From Octopus sinensis (lineage: Eukaryota): 64,000 nucleotides of DNA. The translations under genes were made by a program, and so were the position numbers. The stretch is from positions 65,162,001 to 65,226,000 of the forward strand of contig NC_043005.1 of NCBI RefSeq assembly GCF_006345805.1. The letters run 5' to 3'. The notes beneath the pieces were generated by a model that was given only the letters and a program-made list of their open reading frames with translations, was not told where the DNA came from and did no database searches. Positions 1-11,557 of this stretch are shown in pieces. How positions within the stretch are numbered: the stretch's first letter is position 1; each line of letters opens with the position of its first letter.

Positions 1-720
1 CCCTCAGTTAAAATTTCTCCCCCAGTTTTAGCCTCAGGATTGTGATTATACCACATGTCAACAGCTTTGATTTTATAATGGCGACACATTAACCAATGTA
101 AATATTGGCTAACTCAGTCATACTTTGATTTATACTTCACTGGTGTTAAAACTGTACACCCAATTAAGTTGCACCACTGTTTCGTTGCAGAATTGGCAAT
201 TTGGGTCTACTCCATTTTCCATAACATTTGTAGTTCCGGGCCAATATGCTTTTATCTGGAACAGATAAGATGAGACATTTGCACTCTGCCTTTAGCTCTG
301 AACTTCATACCCACTGATGAGTATGTTTCTGGTCTACATCAGCTTGTTTGCTACGGGCTGCATATTGTCATGCAGAGGTTTCTGCTCGCACCTGTTGGTC
401 AATTGTTCATGTACGCTTTCCTTTGCCTTTGGTTTCACATTCTTTGCAACAACAGTCGCACTTCCATCATGATGTTCAGTATGGGCATTATGCATGAACT
501 CAGTAGCAAAGTTTTTGCATTCCTTCATGGCTGAATGAAGTTCCTTACGCCTCCCGTGATTTGTAATGTATTTCTGCATATAGTTGTTAGATGTTTCAGG
601 ATATTTGGCCAGTTCAATTGTGGTACTTTTGTAAGGAATTTCAAACTGGATAAGCCTCGACTTCCTTCAGCAACGAAATGATTGCGTTCGGTTTCCTTGT
701 ATGTCTCCACTGTCCAGTTT
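1..720 (-). mobile_element. Degraded non-LTR retrotransposon, R4/Dong-like (RLE type), post-RT and zinc-knuckle region
   Basis: Frameshifted minus-strand translation gives KPLH.., VDQKHTHQWV*SSELKAE, NGVDPNCQFCNETV, LIGCTVL and SQYLHWLMCRHYKIK..WYNHNPE, a decayed CCHC region of RLE-type LINEs. It runs off the left edge of the window. Confidence 0.75.
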
Positions 721-955
721 TTGTTCCCATCTTTGACCTTCCATAAATCCAAAATTTAATTTTGGAATTTATGGGAACAACTGTTTTTTAAATTCTCGAA
801 ATAAGGAATGGATAGATAGCTAACAACTGGTGAAAGGTCGTTCTCTTTGTTACTTGTCCTATTTTCCATTTCTTCTCTCGTTGCATACATATTTAACTCG
901 CTTGTTTTCGTATTTCATGTTGTTTACACAGTTGGTGACGTCCTGTACCCATATA

Positions 956-992
<37 letters not shown>

Positions 993-1041
993 AAAAAAAG
1001 TCAAGATAGAAAATGCTAAAATAATTTTATAAAAAACATTT

Positions 1042-1200
1042 CAGTACCGGTTTCAGTCATTGAGAGTTTTTCAACTGTAAGTATGGAAAACAATTAAATT
1101 TAGAAAAAATAAAAGAAAAGTTTTTTAAAAGAATATTTGTATAGTGGCATTTTCCTTGTTTCTGCCTGTCTCTATCTCTCTTGTTTACTCTTGTGGGTTC
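1042..1200 (-). mobile_element. Short PLE-derived 3' fragment with a hammerhead-like motif (U3-A8 variant)
   Basis: Minus strand 1077-1042 reads CAG TTGAAAA ACTC TCAAT GACT GAAA CCGG TA CTG. Upstream EPTRVNKRD resembles a PLE C-terminus. Confidence 0.5.
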
Positions 1201-1280
1201 GATATACATATATATATATATATCATTTATATCGTTACTTAATTGAACGTCACACATCCATTTCCAAGTATACATATATA

Positions 1281-1600
1281 CGAGGCTAAGTCAAACATTA
1301 TCAGCACTTATGCGTGCTTATAGTTGGTACTATTGTGCTCACGTGATCGTAGTTTGAGCCCGATCGTGCAATTTTCTTTTTCTGGCTTTACAGAGTAAGC
1401 ATGGCCTCTCCACTGGCAATGTACACCAAAGAAGAACAAAGAGCACTGATCGAATATCATTTGGTGCTCGGCGTTTGTTTTTTATACAACATCAACGAAA
1501 AAATATATATTTCTCCGAGACCAAAGTCACGCAGCAAATGATTTTTCATCTGATGTTCGGTGAAGTGTTAAAGATAAAAGGACATACCTTTAGTTTGCTT
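1281..1600 (+). mobile_element. Mariner-derived fragment (5' TIR plus N-terminus)
   Basis: Begins TA|CGAGGCTAAGTCAAACATT and encodes MASPLAMYTKEEQRALI, similar to the element at 25.3-25.5 kb. The right end was not identified. Confidence 0.55.
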
Positions 1601-1647
1601 GCATTTTTTATTTCTTCGTTGCATCCTGTACTTAAAAACATGTGTAC

Positions 1648-1824
1648 GTACATACATACACACATACATACATACATACATATATGCATGCATACATACA
1701 TAAATACATACATACATACATACATACTAACCACATACATACATACATACATACATACATAAATACACATACATACATACATACATACATACATACATAC
1801 ATACATAAATACATACATACATAT

Positions 1825-1855
<31 letters not shown>

Positions 1856-2043
1856 CACACATACATACATACATACACACACATACATATATACATACAT
1901 ACATACACACATACATACATACATACATACATACACACACATACATATATACATATACACATATATACACACACATACATACATACATACATACATACAT
2001 ACATACATACATACATACATACATACATACATGCATACATACA
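1648..2043. repeat. (TACA)n microsatellite
   Basis: About 400 bp of imperfect TACA/CA repeats; the source of the MYVC/YIHT pseudo-ORFs. Confidence 0.98.
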
Positions 2044-3042
2044 TCGTAGGCTGTTTTTGTAAACTAGTGACTTTTTGTAAATGTTCATTCTCAAATTCTT
2101 TAGTGTAGAACTAACATCGTACACGTGTAGTCAATAAACGACAATAACACTAATAAGATTTCGAGTTGATCAATTAATAAATAATCGCTGTTTTTATTGG
2201 AACACGCAGTCTTATCGATTTTTACAATTCAATACAACAAAAGAATATCTGCAAGTGATTATCCTTAAACCTAAATGGAGATTTTGCGTTTTAATCTCGA
2301 AAATAAAAAGAATAAAGCATGATTAATGTTGACTGATGATTATGACAAATCCTTTATTGTACTTGAAAATCAATTTATAATATTTATAGATGCATTATAA
2401 TTAAATAGCAATTTGCACTAGACATCATGTCACTTCGTATTTCGTCTATTACATGCATAACATAACTGATCGTTACGTCTATATGTTTGCATACGTCAGT
2501 TTGTCTATTTCTTAGGTTTAAATGCATCATGAATTCTAACGAATAGTATTTATACAAAACTATACGCGCGCACACGCACACACACATACATACATATATA
2601 TTGGTTGAGGCAATAAGAAGAAATCTGCGTAGTCTTAGGAACTGGTCAAAAATTAAAAGTACAGGCTGGAAGGCGCGCTACATACCCATAAAGGTGGGCT
2701 GTGAAGACTGGCTCCACTTTACGTACATTCTGAGAAATGCTCCACCGACTGAGCTTTACCACAAAAGGACCATTAGGATGAAGAGGTCTTGTTCGTAAGT
2801 AGATGCTGATGAGATACAAGCTACGGCCCAATCGAGTTGGGCTGGGTCTTCGGAGTGTGAGAATCTAAGTGAGAGACGCGAAACTTTGGCTGTCACTTTT
2901 GATGCATCCCAGCTCATGAACAAATATATGTTACACACATAAACACAAATATGTGAGTGTGTATATATCTCGAAAAGCTTGCAAATACATACACACAAGT
3001 GTTTACACTCATAAGAACTAGTGTATGAATAAATATGCATAC

Positions 3043-3263
3043 ATACTCTTTACTCTTTTACTTGTTTCAGTCATTTGACTGTGGCCATGCTGGAGCACGC
3101 CTTTAGTCGAGCAAATCGACTTATTCTTTGTAAGCTTAGTACTTATTCTATCGGTTTCTTTTGCCGAACCGCTAGTTTACGGGGACCTAAACACACCAGC
3201 ATCGGTTGTCAAGCGATGTTGGGGGGACAAACACAGACACACAAATACACATACATACATACA

Positions 3264-3295
<32 letters not shown>

Positions 3296-3469
3296 CATAT
3301 ATACGACGAGCTTCTTTCAGTTTTCATCTACCAAATCTACTCACAAGGCTTTGGTCGGCCCGAGGCTTTAGTAGAAGACACTTGCCCAAGGTGCCACACA
3401 GTGGGACTGAACCCGGAACCATGTGGTTGGTAAGCAAGCTACTTACCACACAGCCACTCCTACGCCTAT
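3043..3469 (-). mobile_element. tRNA-derived SINE, family A (central microsatellite, (TAAAAGAG)n tail)
   Basis: Head ATAGGCGTAGGAGTGGCTGTGTGGTAAG..GGTTCAGTCCC has A/B-box-like motifs. Near-identical copies lie at 27.5, 36.1 and 53.2 kb. Confidence 0.85.
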
Positions 3470-5564
3470 ACAACGTTAAGTAATCTTTAGTATACGTTGG
3501 TTTATTGTTCTCAAGGAGTATTACCTGTTTTTCATTGCCAACTTCCCGTTTGGCTTGGTAAATGTATATCGGTATTGATAAAAAGGAGATATTTAAAATC
3601 ATGTTAATCGAGTATATTTTTGTCAAAGATCTGTTATCTTGGTGTTACTTGGGTAATCTTACTAATGAATTTGCCAGATAGGTACCATCAAGTGCGAATT
3701 ATTACCATTAATTCAGTTGAAAGTAGGAGCAGAAAATGAATTAACTGTACAAGAAAATAATTTAGCATGGTAATTGGAATTTGTAACGTTTTTACTGGAA
3801 GCATAGCTTACTGTAATCGGATTTCCATTAATGAACATGTTGCATTTGTGGCTCGTTGAAAATTGAAAGGGAATTTATGAAAGATGTCTAAAGATAGGAA
3901 CTCTTTAGTTTGGGTCTCTCTCATACAAAATCTTTGGTACACTTTGAAACATTATATTTTGGCATATAGTCTATTTTCTTGGAAAAGTAACTGTGATAGT
4001 GTGTTGCATTATTATAATATTTGTTTCGTATCCCGGCATAAAGCCATTTGTTGAGTTGTACATTATTCTATCAATACCGGAGGAATGAAAAGCAAAGTTG
4101 AACTGGGAGAACTTTAAATCAGAACATAAAGAACAGATAAAATGCACACGCTCCAACTATTCTGCTAGCCCAACGCCTTGTGCGGTATTATAATAGCGAA
4201 AAGCATTGTTAATTGAAGTTCATCCGAATGAAAATGATGAAATATGCTTAATAATAAAATAGTAAAAATGTTTGGTTGGTGGATAGAACTCTTATTTTCA
4301 GAAATAAAATTTCATTTGGTAAGGGCTGAATAAATTTGTAACAAAATAAGTAATGTCTAAAATATAGTTGTTGTGGGATTTATATCCACTTTATACATGT
4401 AATCTTATTTCAATAAATAAATTCATGAAAACTTTTCTTAATCCATCCCGTTTGTGTTCACTCTTATTGAATGAGACTAGGAAACTATCGTCTCCATAAA
4501 GTTTTTCTGTCACTAACAGGAAAGGTTTTATTGTTAAGAAAAGTTTAAGATTTATATTCCTGTCATTTTGCATACTTGCGCTCCATCATTTGCCTATGAA
4601 ATATCATATACGTCATCTCCGTTCTCCTTTAGCCCAGGCGTTTATATAAGATACAAAGTGAGTTTCCTTGCATGCATAACTATACTAAGGTCGGATTTGT
4701 TGCTTGGCTCGAATTTTTACGAAAGGTAAATTTTGAGAAGGTATTTTGTGACAAACGCGATGCCATACTGATGCTTTTCCTCTTAGGAATGATGCGGTGC
4801 GAACATAGACTGGTAGATGTAACATGGTTACATTAATATTTGGCTGACTTGTCCATAATATGCTGGCAAAGAATCTCGTCTTTCATCCACAAATGAACCT
4901 GTGGTCTTCTATCGGAGTGTTTTCAAAAAATTTCTCCGATTCATTGAAACTATGTCGAGGTTTTGAATAACTAGTACTTTCCTCTCTTTTATATTCATAA
5001 CTAGAGTAGTAGACTCAATTTGTATTTCAGTAACACCACTTTTACGTCAGAATTCCGTTGAACCTATCTGACCATTTACTTAAGGGCTTAGGGGCCTCTA
5101 CACCGTTCAAACTCTATCACAACATCTCTTGGGTAAGCGAAACATAAAATGAATTTGAAACAATGTTTTGTCTTTTAAGATGTGAGTTAAAATGTATTTA
5201 TATCAACTCAATTATTTTATTTTTAGAGACTATAAAAGTGTCCAAATTAAAGAGAGTGTTGTAAGTACACAAGCCGAAATTTTTGCTTTTACATTTAATA
5301 TTTTTTATTAAGTTACAAAAAGAAATAACTGTTCTAGTTTGCTTTAAAAATCTATAACTACAGAACATAGGTCAGGCCTTGGCCTTCCGACATTGTCTAA
5401 GCGCATAAAAGTCAACGTTAAGTTTGGTATCAAATTATAAGTTAGCTATTGTAAACAAACACTGTTTTATTTGTTTTATTTTTAGGAAGATGATTTCTTG
5501 CTAACAAGAAATTAGATGTTTGCTGATGGTTGCCATTTTATGTGTAGATATCTGTGTATATAAA

Positions 5565-5609
<45 letters not shown>

Positions 5610-5989
5610 GTATGTTGTATGTACATATATGCGCATTTATGTTACTCTCTGCGTTTATTCCACTGATGAGGCAAAGCATCTCTAAATACAAATGCAAATC
5701 CGGGATCTGAAATTATCCAGTAATTTTTTAGTAGTTTTATTTTGTCTTTTTGTCTTCTCTCCTTATGCTGTATGAGGATTTGATGTGGTTTTAGAGTCAG
5801 ATCTTGGCTACTATTTTCAGTATGGCTGTATCTCTTAGATACCCTAAATTATAATTTTCATAATTATTAGCTTTGAAGGTTTTTATTTCCATGCTGGCCA
5901 CTTGAAAAGATCGTTATTTAATTTAAATTAGCGATCTTGTCCTTATATATATATATATATATATATATATGGTGAAATATATGGCGTTG

Positions 5990-6195
5990 AACTGACAGGA
6001 TCGTTAGCACACCGAGTAAAGTGTTTAGTGGTAATTTGTCCGTCTTTTCGTTCTGAGTTTAAATTCTGCCGAGGTCGACTTTATCTTTCATTCTTTCGGG
6101 GTCGATAAAATAAGTACTATTTTGGTACCGAGGTCGAGGTGATTGACTTACCCCTACTCGGAACTTTCTGGCATTGCGTCATAATTTGAAACCTA
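5990..6195 (+). mobile_element. tRNA-derived SINE, family B (Meta-domain-like)
   Basis: Contains GTCGACTTTATCTTTCATTCTTTCGGGGTCGATAAAATAAGTAC, a MetaSINE-like core. Multiple copies occur in the window. Confidence 0.7.
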
Positions 6196-6198
6196 TAT

Positions 6199-6276
<78 letters not shown>

Positions 6277-7179
6277 AGAGATGTAGTTTCAACACGAGAA
6301 AATTACAGCAGTCCTCTTTCTCAATGAAAGAAAGATTTTAGCACACCGAAGTAGTCGGCATGAAACCTACCTTTACACACACACACAAATTCTACAAAGA
6401 CATCAATAATATTCTGCACTGCACGAATGACAGTCTAAACAACCTAAAAGCGAAATTGTTGCATATTTCATGAAGAAAATATTGCATAATTAAATTCCTA
6501 TACTGTTTCTTTCCTCTGTCTCTGCAAAAACTACTACTTAGTGCATATGTCTACTTTGCATTGAAAGTATCCCCGACTTCTTTCGTGATTACTCATTCAG
6601 CACATTTCATAGCAGCTATACAAAAACGTTAACCAATTTTTCTGTTTCCCAAACTTGTCTTCTGTCTCAATTTTACAAGAAAGAATCGGAGAAAAGTCCG
6701 AATCCATAACAGAATGTTACTTATTGTTAGAATGCATAGTTGTTTTCAAGAATTCGCTTTCCCAAAGTGATATATTTGTCTCATTTTACACATTCGCGTT
6801 TAGCATTAATTTGACAGAGCTGACGAAAACTGGTGTTTTGTGTTGTAAAGTGCTCCATCATTGTATGAACAGTGTTGAGAATGTTCTGTTTGATTTATGC
6901 TGGGTTGATATCCACAGGGAAATCATTAACAGCCATGTGACAATCACCGATGTCTTATGTATTATTTAATTGGACATTAACTCTATGGGTGAATCATCTG
7001 TTACACACAAGAATATTAGATCCTCTCAGAAGTACAACACAGAGTACCGTGCACTTCATGGGAATCAAAGTGCACTTCACAACAGAAGAGACATTCGTAA
7101 TCCTATTTTATTTTTAATTAGTAACAGAACAGTGAATTTCATATGTAAGTATGTATGTATGCACTCACATACATACATC

Positions 7180-7211
<32 letters not shown>

Positions 7212-7250
7212 ATATACATGCATAAATACATACATGCATAATTTTATATA

Positions 7251-8862
7251 CAGTTGCAGCCAAAATGTTCAGAACGGCATTGTTTTCGTCACAAAAGTAA
7301 GTATACGTTTTTGTCAAAGTAGTTTTATATTCTATAATTTTCACAGACAATAAATACAATATTAATTGTTATTTTCTGAGGTTTTGTTGTAATTTGAGAG
7401 GATAATACAAAAGTTATGGATAATTTAGTGATTTACTGCAAAACCCATGGCGGCCAAAATGATCAGAACGGTTGAAAAAATAACAAAATAATCAAAAATG
7501 ACAGAGAATACTGGAATTATTTAATATTTAGTGTGAAGCCCTTTAGCTTCAATCACACTCTGACATCTTCGACTGCATGAGGAAATTAAATTTTCAATTT
7601 CTTGCTGGGTGATCTTATTCCATTCTTCCTGAAGGGCATTCCATAATTGCTCTGTTGTTTTAGGATTTCAGGCTTTCGAACGTTCTCTTAGAATATTCCA
7701 TACATTTTCAGTACGATTGAGATCTGGGCTTTGAGCAGGCCAATCTATAACAATAACCTTTTCAGCCTTGAGGAAGTTCATGACCACCTTAGCCTTGTGA
7801 CATGGGGCATTGTCCTGCATGAATATGGGTGGTCGCTTAGTTGAATTTCTCAGCACGGGCAAGACATGATCTTTTACAAGTTGTTTATAAACTCCTTCAT
7901 TTACCTTTCCATGTAATCGCACCAAAGGGCCCACACCATCTCCAGATATCATCCCTCAAACCATGACACTTCCTCCACCGAATTTAACACTAGTCTTAAG
8001 GCATTTAGGCGACCATTTTTCACCTACTTTTCTACGAACATACCTTTTCCCATCTGAGCCAAATAACATAAACTTAGATTCATCACTGCCATTTTTCGTG
8101 AGACCACAACACGTTTGGTTGCAAAGGTAAGACGACACTTTTTATTCTTGGAGGTGATCAGTGGCTTCACTGCAGGTCCTCTTGCTTGTATGTCATGTTC
8201 AACTAAACGACGAGACACGGTTTTTCGAGATAAAGTTTTCTTCAATACGATGCTCATTTTCCGAGAAACAGCAGCAGCAGTTTTAAATCTGTCCTTCTTA
8301 ACAAACTTTACCATAGCACGATCTTCTCTCTTGGTCGTTTTTCTTGGCCTACCTGCAGACTTTCTTGCTTCACACGAACCACAATCATCGTAGACCTTAA
8401 GAATACCGTGTACAACCCTTTTTGACTTGTTAACAATCTTTGCAATTGATCCAATACTTAAATTATCCTTCCTTCGAAGCTTAATAATATGCTGACGAAT
8501 TGGTAACAGAGTAAGTGGCATTATATTAACAAAGTACACTGCAGATATTTTTACTAATGTTTAGTAAACGAACCGTCACGTAAACAAATTCAAAACCTTA
8601 GAGTTCGCCGGTTAAATATACTACAACACGGAGTAAAAGCAACCGATCTGATCATTTTGGCCGCCATGGGTTTGCAGTAAATCACTAAATCATCCATAAC
8701 TTTTGTATCGTCCTCTCAAATTATATCAAAATCTCAGGCAATAAGAAATAATATCGTATTTATTGTCTGTGAAGATTATAGAATATAAAACAACTTTGAT
8801 AAAAACTTATACTTACTTTTCTGACGAAAACAATACCGTTCTGAACATTTTGGCGGCCACTG
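7251..8862 (-). mobile_element. Full-length Tc1 transposon with about 220-bp IR/DR-type terminal inverted repeats
   Basis: Bounded by TA|CAGTTGCAGCCAAAATGTTCAGAACGG and CCGTTCTGAACATTTTGGCGGCCACTG|TA, 1612 bp. Each TIR has an inner copy of the outer motif (GCGGCCAAAATGATCAGA.CGG). Confidence 0.95.
7521..8521 (-). pseudogene. Tc1 DD34E transposase, disrupted
   Basis: Contains the HTH region and GRPRK, SDESKF, KFGGGSVMV*G, FMQDNAPCH and WPAQSPDLNRTEN, with 34 residues between the second D and E. One frameshift near 8115 and at least two in-frame stops. Confidence 0.92.
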
Positions 8863-9003
8863 TATATGTATGGATGGATGTATGCATGCATGTATGTATG
8901 TATGTATGTATGTATGTATGTATGTATGTATGTATGTATGTATAGTGAAAAGTTACAAAAAAATCAAAAGACGAAGATGGGTGTGTAAACAACAAACAAA
9001 TGT

Positions 9004-9172
9004 TTTACATTATTTACAATTGACAGATATTTGTCCTCATCTTGTTTGTTGTTAGTAGCCCTCACTTTTAACCACTGGTTAACCAGTGGTTAAGAGCGCG
9101 GGCTACTAACCCCAAGATTCCGAGTTCGATTCCAGGCAGTGACCTGGAATAATAATAATAATAATAATAATA

Positions 9173-9223
<51 letters not shown>

Positions 9224-9419
9224 TAACAACAACAACAACATCGAAAAATACCTTAGGAATGAGAACCCAGGTTCGAAATTTCCCAAGGCACCTGATGAAG
9301 GCTGGAGGGTATATCAGCCGAAACGTTGTGTTAACAACAAACAAGATGAGGACAAATATCCGTCAATTGTAAATAATGTAAATAATGCACATAATTCCTC
9401 ATCTCTTAAATATAGAACT
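9004..9419 (+). mobile_element. Composite tRNA-head / (AAT)n / hammerhead / PLE-like tail element with inverted 5' segment
   Basis: tRNA-like 9081-9145 (B box GTTCGATTCC), (AAT)n(AAC)n 9148-9240, HHR 9287-9332, tail to 9419. Segment 9004-9080 is an inverted copy of head and tail pieces. Confidence 0.8.
9287..9332 (+). ncRNA. Type I minimal hammerhead ribozyme motif (extra A after A9)
   Basis: GGCAC-CTGATGA-A-GGCTG(gagggtatat)CAGCC-GAAA-C/G-T-T-GTGTT. The core is complete, stem II is 5 bp, stem III is a palindromic ACGT, stem I is GGCAC/GTGTT, and the predicted cut is after GUU at 9327. Activity not shown. Confidence 0.75.
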
Positions 9420-9460
9420 GTAAACAAATGCATTGGTTAAACACTCGGAAGTGAGAAAGT

Positions 9461-9496
9461 CTTTTACGTTTCGGCCCTACGCCCTTCAACAGAAAG
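9461..9496 (-). ncRNA. Minimal hammerhead-like motif, one core change
   Basis: CTTT-CTGTTGA-A-GGGCGTAGGGCC-GAAA-CGTA-AAAG, with A6 changed to U. Confidence 0.55.
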
Positions 9497-9739
9497 GAAT
9501 ACAGAAATAAACAGGGAGAGAAAACAGAAAAAGGTTTAGTGGCTAGCGATCTATCATGGCGGGAGTGTATGTGTGTGTATGAGTGTGTGTGAGTGTGTGT
9601 GTGTGTGCGTGTGTGTGTACGTGAGTCTGCATATGTGCGTGTACAGATTCATTTTTAACATACTCTTGCTCATTGGAGCTCAAACACATTTTGCTGCGGG
9701 GTATTTTCATTATACATATATATATATATACATACATAC

Positions 9740-9773
<34 letters not shown>

Positions 9774-10810
9774 ATGTATGCATGTATATAAAATATATTC
9801 ACACATATCTATATGTATATATGCATAAACATTTATATATCTTTATATATACATCTATGTATAAATATATATGTATATTTGATATAAAAGCATGAAGTAA
9901 CGAAAGTTGTCATATGTAATTTTTTAAAGAGGTTCCTTTATACTTGAACGTGAAAGTCTCTAGAGAGAAATTCATTCCTAAAAACACGCCGCAGCAAAAT
10001 GTTTTTGTGCTCCAATGCGCAAGAGTATGTTAAATATGAATGCGCACACACACACACATGCAGACTCATGCACACACACATGCAGACTCAGGCACACACA
10101 CACACTCACACACATACAGACTCATGCACACACACATGCAGACTCAGGCACACACACTCACACACATACACATATATACGCACACACATGCATTAAAAAT
10201 ACATCGATATTTCTATACAGAAATACTTACACACGTATACACACACATATATAGACATATGCCTATATTTATACACGCATATATACGTACATATAAACAC
10301 ATTATGCATGTATATATGTATAAACATATATCAATATAAATATGCATATATACATACACACGCACACACACACACGTATCTATATGTATGTGTGTTTGTA
10401 TATATGTATGCATATAGGTATATATATATATGTGTGGGGGTGTTTAAACATATATACATACACACACACACACGTATATATATGTATGTGTGTTTGTATG
10501 CATGAATGCATGTAGGTATATATATATATGTGTGTGTGTGTGTATGTATGCATGTATATAAAATATATTCACACATATCTATATGTATATATGCATAAAC
10601 ATTTATATATCTTTATATATACATCTATGTATAAATATATATGTATATTGATATAAAAGCATGAAGTAACGAAAGTTGTCATATGTAATTTTTTAAAGAG
10701 GTTCCTTTATACTTGAACGTGAAAGTCTCTAGAGAGAAATTCATTCCTAAAAACACGCCGCAGCAAAATGTTTTTGTGCTCCAATGCGCAAGAGTATGTT
10801 AAATATGAAT

Positions 10811-10844
<34 letters not shown>

Positions 10845-10934
10845 TTGTACATATGTATGTATACCCTCATACATATATACATATATATATATATATTATA
10901 TATATATATATACATACATATATATATATATACA

Positions 10935-10990
<56 letters not shown>

Positions 10991-11166
10991 CATACATACA
11001 TATATATATATATACACATACATATACATATTCACATTTCTCTATCGAATTATCCATGTATATACATACATGGCCACAGTCTAATGACTGAAACAAATAA
11101 AATGTAGAAGATACACACACACACACGTATATATATGTATGTGTGTTTGTATGCATGAATGCATGT

Positions 11167-11219
<53 letters not shown>

Positions 11220-11497
11220 TGCACATTTGGTATATAAACGCAAACCAATGTAGGGCAATATAAGAATATGGTAGTTCTTTTTTCGAAACGGTCCTGTATA
11301 CTAGAAAGCGAAAATCTATAGCGAAGTTTAATTTCTAAATAAATCCCCAGAGCAAACAGTTTTCGCGTTCTAATGCCAAAGAGCACGTTAAAAATAAATG
11401 GATTCACACACAGCACACACACACACTACAAATACATATAAATACCTAATACATAATATATGTTGTATAGCTACATATAAATACATATATATACATA

Positions 11498-11557
<60 letters not shown>

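Noticed and set aside
2800-2915. CTGATGA...GAAAC..GTC as a hammerhead
   Set aside because: Stem II and stem I do not pair adjacent to the core.
5655-5725. CTGATGA as a hammerhead core
   Set aside because: No convincing stem I or stem II closure.
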